From: Schmidtea nova
Lineage: Eukaryota
Assembly (NCBI GenBank): GCA_044892505.1
Contig: CM097883.1
Coordinates: forward strand, 183,706,001 to 183,770,000
Direction of reading: 5' to 3'
Length of the DNA stretch: 64,000 nt
Below the pieces are notes generated by a model. The model saw nothing but the letters and a program-made list of their open reading frames with translations, had not been told where the DNA came from and ran no database searches. Both the position numbers and the translations under genes were made by a program. Shown here in pieces: positions 39,401-51,612 of this stretch; the first letter of the stretch is position 1, and every line of letters starts with the position of its first letter.

Positions 39401-41647
39401 AAAAACGAATTACGAAACTAACAGTTTATTGCAGATAACAATTTATAGAATAAATTTAATTTTTATTGAAACAAAAAGACATAACAAAATAAGCTTTATT
39501 TAACTTAAAATGGAGCAAATTACAAAATATCATTGAATAACTCACCATGAACGTACATACAAGAATAAAGATGTTCGTCTGTGAGGCATAAAAAATATTC
39601 AGGATAATAAGATCCCAAGCATAAATTCCCAGAACGAAAACCCGAAAAATCCTCTTGCATGATCTTCCCAATAATTTCCTTAGCTAAAATTCAAAATCAT
39701 AACATTAAACTACAAAATGTTAAATTTACTTTAGTTGAAAACTCCGGTGAAAAATTGATGTATTAAAGATTGGAGCGACGATTGAAATTGATGATGACTC
39801 TCCCTTGGAAATCTGAACCACTAAAAGGAGAAAACTGTAATTATATAAATAATAATTTAAATGTAACTTACCAGTTTGAGAATCAAAATTGAGGGGAATC
39901 TCATTACTAAAAATAACTACCTAAAATCAATAGTTATATTATAGAATTTAAATTGGTATGTTAAAAATTACCCAATAGAAATCAAGGAATTTTGCTTACC
40001 CGTCTATATAGAATTTCCTAAAATAGGGGGAACGTTGAGGGTTTTGAGGGAATTGCGGTTGAGATCGGATTTCCTAATTAAAAATTTAATTCGAAATTGG
40101 AAATAAAATTAGAATTGATAAATAAGAGGATTATCAGTAGAATAAAATTAACATACAAATTATAGAATGTATATTATTACCGTTGCTAAGGCCTCGGCGA
40201 ATTTTTGAAAAGTCCAAATGATAAATTTCAATAAAATGTTAAAGATTTATAAAGCAAGATAGACAATAGGATTAGGATATAAATCAAGCTTCTCTAAATT
40301 TTAAATATGGAAAACACAAAAATTTATACAACTTCGAATATAATAATTAATTTGACAAAGCTAACATCGATTGAAAGTCCCCGAATATATGTCTTTTTAT
40401 AGGAAGCATAAATCACCGAATTGAGTTGGCGATGGTATGTTTGAGGGTAAACATTGTAGGCAATAATGAATGTGTGAATGGAAATAATTTTGTGTTGGTT
40501 ATGAAAAATCGATAAGTGTTCATCGATCAAAATGATTATGTTTTATTGATTTAAAATGAATATTTGGAATTGAATGTCAAGTGACGATTGGAAGGGGTTA
40601 TTATTGTATAATTTTTTAGATGTCCGAAATGAATATAGAGCAGAAATTTGAAGAGATACACAAACTGATTGTGGAAAATGCCCGCCATAATCGCCGGGTA
40701 GACCAGTGTTTCGCCGAGATGGAGAAGGCGAAAACTTCAAATACGGATGCGTTACAGATCATGACATCTCGGATGGAGAAGTTCAGAGCGCGATGCCGGG
40801 AGATGGAGTCGACGTGGTCGAACAAAGAGACCGTCGACAAACTCCGCAAACAAATCCAGATGCTGTTGCAGCAGGCTGCGGACGACGCAATGAAATTGCG
40901 GGCGTGCCGAGTCACAATCAGGGACTTGGAAACACAAAATGAACGGCTAAGATTGGACAGTGGTATCATTGCCGCCGTCCTGCCAAAACCACCCTGTCTG
41001 TCCCAAGAGTTGTTCCCAGTGAGGGTCGAGGAACAGATATTGTCACCTCCTGTTCCCGCCAAAACAGCCAGGCAGAAGCCCAATAAAGGGGTGAGAGCTC
41101 GCCGAAGACTTCGGCAGGAAGCGAGACTGATGGGACAAGTCCGCAAGGAATCTGTAGACATAATAGACATTACTGCTTTGTGATTTAATGGACAACGAGT
41201 ATCCTATCGTGTATTTATTTGTTTTTTCTTTGTAGTTGGTGTTGTTTTTTTTGGTAACATTAAAGTGTTCTCTTGTTTTTTTTTTATTTTTTTTTATTGG
41301 GTTGAATGATTGAATGCAATAAAGCAAGGTATAGAATAAATTGAGTAAAAGCAACTGAGGTTCAATAGTAAAGGAAGTACATGAAGTTTTCTGAAGTAAA
41401 TAATACCTTGGAGGGACAGAAATGGGCGAGAAACCTTCTATCGGTAGCCTTTGGACCCAGGAGATATTCGGTCAATCATAGTTTCGTATTGACGACGCTC
41501 ACTGATTGCGAATACCCACCCACTTCTTACAGTACCAACGTTACATAGTGACGGGTAACAAGATGGTAGTTTAAATATTTTATGTGTTGAGTTGTTGATG
41601 AGAGCCATAGTAACGTCAAGGTCATATTGACGATCAACAACCCACCA
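36443..41647 (+). repeat. 3' LTR of element 1 (5.2 kb)
   Basis: TGTTGGGC start, CCACCA end, blocks shared with the 5' LTR. Confidence 0.85.
40620..41183 (+). CDS. LTR-encoded 187-aa protein: coiled coil, Pro-rich segment, basic patch, C-terminal SIM-like motif
   Basis: Intact GC-rich ORF in AT-rich LTR; RARRRLRQ, VDIIDIT; AATAAA at ~41317 and ~41336. Confidence 0.75.
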   Translation: MSEMNIEQKFEEIHKLIVENARHNRRVDQCFAEMEKAKTSNTDALQIMTSRMEKFRARCREMESTWSNKETVDKLRKQIQMLLQQAADDAMKLRACRVTIRDLETQNERLRLDSGIIAAVLPKPPCLSQELFPVRVEEQILSPPVPAKTARQKPNKGVRARRRLRQEARLMGQVRKESVDIIDITAL

Positions 41648-43115
41648 ATAATCAGAATTTTGTGGAAAATTTTTTAGTATTTGGAAATTTAAAGAATTTA
41701 AAAGAATTTAGTAGAATTTTTGGGGGAAAAAAATTTTTGGTTAAAAAAAAATTTTGAGAAGACGTTATCAGAATTTGTAATTTCAATTCGAAAAAGAAAA
41801 AATCAGGAGAGCCACACTGAGCGTAAGGATTTTCTCATTTTGTTTTTATGTTATATTTATTTCATTATATATGCGTTATCGGTATGGGAGGTCCAAAAAG
41901 TCATGCCCTTTGGACATCCCATGTCAAAACCGTTTTTTTATTTGATTCATTTAGTTATTTTTTACTTTTATTATTTAGGATGTATCAATTTGTATATTGA
42001 TAATATTATATAGGATTACATCTAATGAATTTTTTTTATTTATTTTTTATTTATTTTTTATTTGTTTTTTATCACAAATTCTCATAATTGAAAAATTTTA
42101 GTAGTCCAAGTAAAAATTATTAAATAAATAAATTTTTTGCTTCCGTACCCCTCGAAGCCTGTTTCTGGCCTTGTGCCGATCGGGTGGAAGTAGCCTGAGC
42201 GGATCGCTGGTTCGATTCGTAATCGATCAGCCCATATTTTCGAGTCCAGGTGAATAGCCTAAACATTCATGATCACTTCATCCTAACTGGGGAACAGTGG
42301 CTTGGCCAAGGGCAAGTTGTTATATTAATGATATTTGATTTATAATAAATGTAGTTTATCTGAATTTATAATTTCTGACATATCCATCATTTAAAAATTA
42401 AGACCACATGTAAACGTAAAGACGATTTTCTCCAGTAATGTCTTTTCCATTATGAAAAATAATTTATGCAAGAATAGTTTACTCGTCGTTCGCCTTCACT
42501 CTCACAACAACTGTCATCTTATCCGAAAACGCAAGAAAAATGGAAGCTAATATTGAAAAGAGAATCGTTTGAAATAATGCTCAAAGCTGGTATAATGATC
42601 ACGAAATGATACGTAATATGAAGACAAGTATTGATTTATCTGAATTAAACCTCATTCATCATCTAAATAATTTTGAGAAATTAGATTATTCATAAAATTT
42701 AAACCATGTGGAGGGAAACGCCTAATGTATAATGAAAATGCATTAAAATCTGAAAACGAATCGGTGACACGTATACTTTTATCACTAAAATAAAAGAGGA
42801 AATTGTAACAATGAAAATTTATTTGGCAGTCCATTAGAGAGAAGAAACAATCCAAAATACTAAATATAGAATTCCAAGGTTTGGCAAATAAATAATTCCA
42901 GTTATGTAAAGGTTGGTAGAAGGACTGATTTCCAAAAGCTAGATTTTTCCTAAAAATACAACAGTAACTCACGAAAATTTTCAACGAAATAAAATTCTTA
43001 CCTGAACATGTAAATTGAAGAAATTCAAATTTTTCTTTTTGGAAAATAATCGATCAATATCCATATTATATGAATTCATCCCATAATATAAGAAATCAAC
43101 CAATCAGGTTGATTA

Positions 43116-43310
43116 ATGTTTTCTTTTAAACAAAATAAAAGGGAAAAGAAAAAAGACGTTGATTTGAATCAAAGCCAAATCACTCAAAACGGAAATTTAC
43201 GACTTGATATAAAGTTTGCAACACCTATTGAGGAACCGGTTCATGTAGATATATTTGGAGTTTTTGAAAATGAAGTTCAAATTACTGCCAATCGAACAAT
43301 ATTGGTTTGA
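43116..43310 (+). pseudogene. Polinton/adintovirus major capsid protein C-terminal fragment
   Basis: GNLRLDIKFA..IEEPVHVDIFGVFENEVQITANRTILV. Confidence 0.8.
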
Positions 43311-43434
43311 GCAGAGCTCAAACAGTACTAGTTTAAGCAAAGCTTAAACATTGTTGGTTTAAGCAAAGTTCGAACAGTATAAATGATCAAAGTTATTATT
43401 ATTATTATTATTATTATGGAGTAAGATTTTTTAA

Positions 43435-43794
43435 TTGATTAATTATTTATTTTTAATTAGTTCTATTCAGGTATTACAACAAGGTAAAAAACTATTGGGA
43501 AATCAATTTATTGGAGTATTTCCGCTAGATAAAATACCTTATTTGAAAATGAATCAAGCCATCATTGTAAATACTCAGACATCTACGTTGGGCGGTGAAC
43601 ATTGGATTGCAGTTTATGTGAAACCAGATCAAATACATGTATTTGATCCCTTTGGATATTATTATCCTAATTTACTTGTTAGAAAACTTCAAACTATCGG
43701 TAAACCTATTGTGTATAATAGAATTCGTTATCAACATCCTTTAACAATCACTTGTGGTGAACATTGCCTTGCATGGTTGAAATCAATGTTATAA
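43435..43794 (+). CDS. Polinton adenain-like cysteine protease
   Basis: FIGVFPLD, IVNT..GEHW, FDPFG, Q....TCGEHC catalytic motifs; true start uncertain. Confidence 0.9.
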   Translation: MINYLFLISSIQVLQQGKKLLGNQFIGVFPLDKIPYLKMNQAIIVNTQTSTLGGEHWIAVYVKPDQIHVFDPFGYYYPNLLVRKLQTIGKPIVYNRIRYQHPLTITCGEHCLAWLKSML

Positions 43795-43826
43795 ACAATT
43801 TATTTTAATAAATTTTATTTGAAAAA

Positions 43827-44228
43827 ATGTCTTGTTATTTTATCGATTTTTACGGTTATAATGAAATGGGTGGAACAACAATTAAGGAATTATGTATTAT
43901 GAATGTCAATAATATTTTCACACCACAGTATTATATATACAGTGATTTATCTTTATGGCCTGATCGTATAGAATCGTTTGAAGGACAAGATTATTTTTGC
44001 CCAAAATGTATTATGGATGATATTACAGATAAAGGAGCTATTTTCTATATTACAGATAATGAAAAGTTGCATGTTTTGAAGAAGTATTTCCCCAAATTAA
44101 GATTAATTAAATATAATTTTAAAGAAGTTGAATATGTTCATGAAAACATTTCATGTCCCTATAAAGATCATTGTATGTGTGCCTATAAAGGGTGCTTGTC
44201 TGCTGTTGTAGATTATTTAAAACAATAA
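43827..44228 (+). CDS. Conserved small Polinton ORF (PW-like)
   Basis: FIDFYG..IKEL N-terminus, C-terminal CPYKDHCMCAYKGC; position after the protease. Confidence 0.6.
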   Translation: MSCYFIDFYGYNEMGGTTIKELCIMNVNNIFTPQYYIYSDLSLWPDRIESFEGQDYFCPKCIMDDITDKGAIFYITDNEKLHVLKKYFPKLRLIKYNFKEVEYVHENISCPYKDHCMCAYKGCLSAVVDYLKQ

Positions 44229-44605
44229 ATGTATTATTTTTATTAATTATTATTATTATTTTTATTAAATATTATTATTATTTTTATTATTATTAATATT
44301 AAATATTATTATTTTTAAACACAAAGGCATGACCAGTGCGTGATAAAGACATGATAAAACATGTGATTTCATGATGTCACATGTCTTTGTCGCGATACAA
44401 AGCAAGTATCGTGACGTCAAACACATAAACAAAGGTACATTATGTGTGCAGTATGTGTGTACATATTTGTCTATCCTATCTCGATTCTGATTGGTCGGTT
44501 AATAAAATTCATCTTTATATAGTATATACTTGCATTATTTCGTCACTTTTTACATTAAAATTTTAATTCAATTTTTAATCAATTATCGCAATCAATCTAT
44601 CAAAA

Positions 44606-45740
44606 ATGAATAATGTGAATAATTTAAATATGTCAAAACGGATCGCTGGAGGATTAAACGGTATAATTATTATTTTTATTTTATTATAATTATTATTTAT
44701 TTATTCTAGCTGTTAACATATCCAATAATATGGTCGGACAATCTACAAAAGGACTCAGAAATGAATATTCGAATATTGGTAAAATTAATAATTTTTTTAA
44801 GTTTCTTTATTAATAAATTATTTTTTAGAAAATTATAACAATTTCAATGGTGTGGATATTGATGCACCGATTAATGATATGAATGATGTCCCGGTTTATG
44901 TGAATGATGCATCTGTTAAAGATGATGTCCCGATTGATACTATTAAAGGATGCTCTAATATAGCGAGTTTTAATGGAAAAAACTCGAGGAAATGTAATTT
45001 TTTATTTTTTTATATAATAATAATATTTTTATTATTTTTAATTAATTCTTTTATTATTTAATTTATTAATAAAATTTTTATGAAGAATTTTTATTTTTAA
45101 ATAAAATGAAGAATTTGTTATATTGAAATTATTATAATGAACTGAAGAACAAGATGAATCATTATGAAGAATTTGTTATGATGAAATAATGAAATGAAGA
45201 ACAAGATGAATTATTATAGCGAAATGAAGAACAAGATGAATTATTATGATGAAAATTATGAATTATGATGGAAAATAAATAAATAATTTTATATTGAATT
45301 TTATATTAATTTACATTTAACATATTAAGTAATATATTTAATACAATTACTTAATATGTTAAATGTAAATTAATAAATGTGATATTAACAATATGACTTT
45401 TGATGATATTATTTATATTTTTATGACAAATTAATGAATAACTAATGATGATATTATTTTTTTATGACAAATAATGATGAAATATTTTAGATTAATATGA
45501 TGAATTTAGATGAAAAAAAAATTAATTATTATGATATTATTCTGTTTTATTTTTTTTATATAATTATGATAATCTTTTTTATTATTTTTAATTTTTATGA
45601 TCGAATAAAAAAAAGATGACGAAATAATAATATTAATCAAGAACAATATGACGAAATAATAAAGAAATATATTATAATAATTTATCTTTAACATATTAAG
45701 TAATATATTTCAAACAATTACTAAATATGTTAAAGATAAA

Positions 45741-45776
<36 letters not shown>

Positions 45777-47810
45777 ATATTAAAAAGATGAAAAATTAAT
45801 GATTATATTATTTTTTAACTATTTATAATTATTTAAATTTTTTATTTAATATTCAGGCTCAATATATTACAATTTTTGTAATAGTCGTTTCCATAATGAT
45901 TATAAAGAATTCTTTCTTTCGCATAGGACTCACCTTTCCCAATTAATGCCTTCGAAAAAATGTCTTTTTAATAGCATATATGCTAATTATATTACTAATA
46001 ATATTAATAATAATAATAATAATAATATTAACAACAACAACCTTCATAATACAATTAATCAAAATACTTTAAATAATTATAATAATCTACAAAATAATAA
46101 TAATAATACAACAAATACTATTAATACTATTAATACAAATAATTTACAAAATACTATTAATACAAATAATTTACAAAATACTATTAAAACAAATATTATA
46201 CAAAATACTATTAATACAAATAAAAGAAAAAACCAAACATTAATGGATTCAGTTCCTAAAAAACTTATAATAATCGACATCAGTGATGATGAAGATGAAA
46301 ATATTATTAATAATAATAATAATAATAATAATATATCTCTCATCAGTGATGATGAAGATGATCATATTTATAATAAAAGTAACAATATTATATCTGCCAT
46401 TGACGATGACTTAATCGTCGTCAATGATGATGAATTTGATGAAATGCTCAATATTATAAATAATAATAATAATAATCAAATTGGTATGGGTATTGTTGAA
46501 GTTACTTCAGACTTGAACGATACCCATTTTATTATAAAAATGGACGTTTCTAATTTATTATTAAAAACGGTCTCTGTGCCGGATATATTGTTAGAGAAAT
46601 TAAACTCCTATATAATTAAATTAAAATCATCCAAAATTCAATTTTGTCTCAAGGTAGAATTTGAGAAAGATGATGAATTACAATCTTTTGTAATCTCAAA
46701 TTCTGCCAGAGAGTGGAGTGATACCTTTATTGAAGAAGGTATCACTAGTTTAAATGAAAAAATTGTCCAAATAAACGAAAAAGGGAGTAATTGGACAATC
46801 TCCAAAATCGAATATATAAGTTTTGTAGTAACAAAATTTTCAGAGATTAGTAGGCTCAGCGGCAGCAGTTTTATCGAGACTCCTAATACCTTAAAAAACT
46901 TAAATTGCCTAGTTAACGTCAACAATAGCGATACATATTGCTTTCTTTATAGTTTTTTAGCTATAGTTAAATACGATAGTATAGAACGCCAATACCGGCA
47001 TAGGGCTACTTCTTACGATCTTTCCCAACTGATATTTGACCCCAATGACATGCCCATGAAATTAGTTAACATTAAGAAATTCGAGAGGCAAAACCCCGGC
47101 TACAGTATTAATGTCCTTACCTATGACGAAAAGGCCCAAATAGATGTAAGTGATAGCGATAATGATGATAATGTCGTTCTTAAACACCCTTTTATAGATA
47201 TAGTGTATCGTAGTAAAGTAGTCGGGGCAATTCCTATAAATTTACTTCTTTTGGAGAATAAAGATAATTTTCATTATCTCGCGATTACCGACTTGAATCG
47301 CTTTTTTAAATTGCCGAAACAGCACCATCACCCCAGTTAGGATTCGCAGCCAATGGTGCCCTCGTTGCTTGAATGGCTTTAGGAACGACGAAGCCTTTAA
47401 TCGTCATAAGGGTCTTTGTACCAAAAATCAGTTGGGTACCACTCTCTACACATTACCAAAAAATAAATTTTTAGAGTTTACTGATTGGAAAAAAACAGTA
47501 ACTCCTCCTTTCGTAATATATGCTGATTTCGAAGCAATATTAACAAAAGACCCTGTTCATTACCAAAAACATATTCCTATTGCTGCCGGTCTCCTTCTCA
47601 TTAATAACTTTTCTGGGGTGAGAATTTATAAGTCTTTTGTAGGGTTAGACTGTGTTGATCAATTCCTAAATGAAATCGAGTCAATCAGTAGATATATAGT
47701 AACGCCCTATTATTTTAAAAATTATAAAAAACGTATGACGATCACTGCTACTCAACAGCGCGAATTTGATAATAGCACTAATTGCTATTTATGTAAAAAA
47801 CTTATTTATG
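44606..47810 (+). pseudogene. Polinton protein-primed DNA polymerase B, N-terminal half, with predicted spliced 5' exons; frameshift near 47340, truncated near 47810
   Basis: KGSNWTISKIE, SGSSFIETP, NVNNSDTYCFLYS, KFERQN..SINV, HYLAITDLNR, WCPRCLNGF, PPFVIYADFEAIL, CYLC. Predicted exons 44606-44660, 44710-44778, 44829-44993, 45857 onward. Confidence 0.88.
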
Positions 47811-50088
47811 TAAAAGAACAATATAAAAGGAATTCGAAGCAAATGAAATAACACTAATAAAGAAAAATTGAGAAATAATAAAAGGAAATAAAACTAGATT
47901 AAAGCAAATAATAAATTTAGAACTATTAATGATAAAAACAAATAAAAAGAACGAACAATCACACGAATGAATAATAAAAATAATTATATATTAAAAGAAA
48001 ATAAAACCCAATTAATTATAATGAACAAATTCCTAAAAAGGAAATATTAAATAAGAATGATTCGTCAATTTAACGAACGCAACTCGAAGCTGATTGGTCG
48101 AGCCAACCCGTCCAAATAACATAAATAGCGACGGCAATCCCAGTTCAAAAGCATTTTTTTGTATTTCAAGCACTTTTTTAGCATTTGTTAATAAATTATT
48201 TTGAGCTTCAGTATCATTGTCATTGTACCAATCATCAGAAATTTTACGTTTTGTGGATATCAATATTGTAAAATATAATTTGTTGTTATTTTATAAATAA
48301 TTTGATAGCTAAAATCTCTCCTCATTGATATGGTGAGTCTCGGGCGGCTTGTTGAGTAGTTCCCAATTTGCTGAACCTACTGTTCCAAACTGAGAACTAA
48401 GGTCAGACAGTTGGTATAGTCACTGAAGGCAGTTGTAAGGAGCTAGAAATACTAGGATTTGAATATTTTTTTGGGAATCCCTAGATCATCGAAGGATCTA
48501 TTTTCGAGGGTAAACTACTAGTGAAAAAATGATATGAAATGTCTGTAAGCGTAATGAGTTGTTATTAAATAGATGTCGTGAGAGCATTTGCAATATTATT
48601 ATTAAAACATTAGAAATTCTATCGTGAAATATATATAGTAAAAATTACAGCTAATGTCGAGAAAACAAAGCTTCAACATTGACATGCATCAAGTCGAAAA
48701 TCAGAAAGCATTAGTTACACGGAATTTGAGCTAAAATACGGTAGAGATAATTCACTTGAGAAGTCGTTGTGGTGCAAATGGGAAATATAAAGTGCGGATT
48801 GCTGAAGCAATTATGAAATTTGCCCAATTATCATGACAATGAGCGTCACAACTGTTCATAGAGAAATAATGAAAAATTGGATAATGGTCGAGATCGACAC
48901 ATGAAAAATAATTATCGGTAAAAAATCGGTAAGACATCAAATAGACAGTAATTATAATAATAGCGACTTGGCTGATTGGAGAGATGGGGAAAATTACTTA
49001 GTAATTACACACGGGCAACAATTAGGTTGAAAATCCATTATTAATAAAAAGAGTCACAATTATAAAAAATTCGGAAACTTTTCATAAAGCCACGAGAATG
49101 TCGCTGTGGTGGTTGTCAACTTTACACCTTAAGATAATAGTTAAAAATAAAATTAATATAACTAAAATTAAAATTAAGGTTTAATAGTTAACGTGGAGTC
49201 GTGAAATGTTTTGATTGAATACTTGAATGTATTAAAGAAGGAAATTAATGTTAATATATAGTTATATGTTATCACTTATAATATCAAAAACACAAAACTT
49301 ATATAAAATGAGTATATTACTCTGCAGTAGCAAATGTGTATTAATAATTTTCATTCTTCTATTACAGATAATGACTAATCAAATGAACTTATATGAGGTC
49401 ATAATAGTGAAGGAGGAACCACAGTACGTCCTTCACCGCCCGAGATGAGAAAAGGAAAAATTACGGCAGTCGAACTAGGGCGTAGACGAGGACTAGAACC
49501 CTTCTCCACCGAGTGTGAATTACAATACAAGAGAGTTGTTTGACTAGGAAGCAGCGAATGATCTTTCCGAGCTGGAGTGAATTATGCCAACACACCAGAA
49601 TTTTTAGTACACTAAAAGATTCCGGGTACTATCTTCGAGATGGTCAGCTATGATCCTACCGAGAATGATCAACAGAAGAATTCTGTATACATGGTTGAGT
49701 TACATTTCCAAAGAGGAAACATCGCTAAGTGACAAGGGACGGCCGTTAGCAGCATTGATAGATAGCGTAATATAATCAATGTTCATAGTTGTGAATAAAG
49801 CTTTCTTTAATAACTGAGAAATGAATCATTGTAAATCTACCTTTTTTTAGTTTTGCGTGACGATAAAATCTTTTGGTTCACTCAGTTCAGTAATAATTGA
49901 TTAGATATGTAAAGTAAGAGTTATGGAGATATAAACACCCAAAAGTAATATAGAAGGATAAATGCATAACCGGAAATTTTAGAAGAGTTATTCTTTTTTC
50001 ATAAGTTTAATTTTGTCATTTGCCAATTGAGACCAATTGAGGAAATGTAAAAAGTTGAAGCGTGTGGTGTTAATCATGTTATGTTAAT

Positions 50089-50131
<43 letters not shown>

Positions 50132-50555
50132 TTGTTTATAATTTAGAAAATAGCACGCATAGTTAATGGCAAAAAGTTAATAAATTTAGCGTCAGAAAAT
50201 AATATACAATATTCCTGATCTATTGTCTTAGAATAAATGAGATTAAAAAATGAATATTAAACATAAAGACTTGACAGATGGCATCACATAAAATTTTTTC
50301 ACAATTGGAATATTGAAATAAAAAGTCTAGTTCCGTGGAAAATTTAATAGAAGACTTTTGGCAATTATCTTTAATACTATATCATAGTAACGAAGATGAT
50401 CCTTTACGCAATGTTGGGGATAATTTTTTAACACAGTATAACAATTGCTAACCAGAAAGCTAAAAACTTTATCCCTTAATATTAAATGAAAATATTTCCA
50501 TTACAATTTCAATATAATCTACAGTTATAGTTACATAATAATAATAATAATTTAC

Positions 50556-50821
50556 CTGCATCCTAATATTAATTTACAATTGCGTTTTGATAACTCAAAA
50601 GCACAAGCTCTTCCCAATCCAGAAGTAGCACCAGTAATAACAATTGTTTTTCTTTTTAGTGCAATACATTTGCATTTTTTACATCGAAATGATCGGAACC
50701 AACGAATTAGGAAAATACTAATTCCAGTTCCAAATACACCAATTGAAATATAATTATAATAATCTTTTCATAATTCGTATAAAATATATATTTTAAAGAG
50801 AAAATCCTTACTTGAATCCAT
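50556..50821 (-). CDS. Host short-chain dehydrogenase/reductase (RDH11-14-like), exons 1-2
   Basis: ATG at 50821, GT-AG intron 50764-50811; product MDSNYYNYISIGVFGTGISIFLIRWF...KTIVITGATSGLGRACAFELSKRNCKLILGCR, then donor at 50555. Later exons not found. Confidence 0.85.
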
Positions 50822-51568
50822 TTTAGATTTTCTTAATATAATATCTAGATTTTTAAATTCTTTCTTTATTAAAACGATTTACCAATTATAAAGTTGAGAG
50901 ATTTTAAATATTATAAATTAGATTTTAATAATTAAATATTAAGTGACCTGAAATTACATTTAACTAGTAAAAAAGTAAAGAAAAAAATATTTAAGAAAAA
51001 TCAATTTTTAAATAAGTTGCCTAAAATTCTGGTTATTGTTAAAAATTTACAATGAGCAATTGAGCTTCGTTACCGAAATTGCTCTTTATTGAATTGGGTT
51101 CATAGCTGCTAGTAGAAGGTACTACGTATACTTTAACTTTTTAGAACATACTTGTTCATTAGTTAGTTTTTCTTGAATCGAGAATATCTAGCGTTTACCC
51201 CAATTTAAGCATTTGATTTCATGAATTTTCCAAATCTTTGATATGACTGTTGGGTTGATGAAGGAACGGATAATGGCGAAAAGTAAACAATTAATCATGA
51301 GAGAATAAAGAAAAAATGAAGAATGTAAAAATAATAATAAAACAAATAAAAAATGACAATTAACAATAAAAGCACAATTAAAACAAAAATAAGCAGTGAA
51401 AAAGCGAGGAAAATGACAAAATATGTGAAATATGAGTAAAAGGCAAAAAATAAAGAGAATAAAAGAACAATAATAAAAATAATAACGAAAAATAATAAAA
51501 TAATAACGAATAATACAAGATAAAATAAATTAATAAGAAAATCGAGCGTTTAACCAATAAAAAGGTTA

Positions 51569-51612
51569 CTCGATTCTGATTGGCTGCCTGAGCGTCGATT
51601 TTAATATATAAG
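51569..51612 (+). promoter_or_regulatory. Y-box (CTGATTGG) plus TATA
   Basis: ctcgattctgattggc...tatataag, followed by a GT-AG intron around 51783-51854. Confidence 0.5.

Larger units (their letters stand above)
23125..41647 (+). mobile_element. Element 1: internally deleted giant Ty3/Gypsy LTR retrotransposon (18.5 kb, no gag/PR/RT seen)
   Basis: LTRs TGTTGG...CCACCA at 23125-26297 and 36443-41647; ATAA on both flanks (23121-23124, 41648-41651); PBS; integrase. Spans an N gap. Confidence 0.85.

Noticed and set aside
48033-48263. Possible last SDR exon or other host exon
   Set aside because: Only vague helix similarity; intervening exons not found.
49380-49730. Decayed plus-strand frame ending before AATAAA
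   Set aside because: Multiple stops, no identifiable family.
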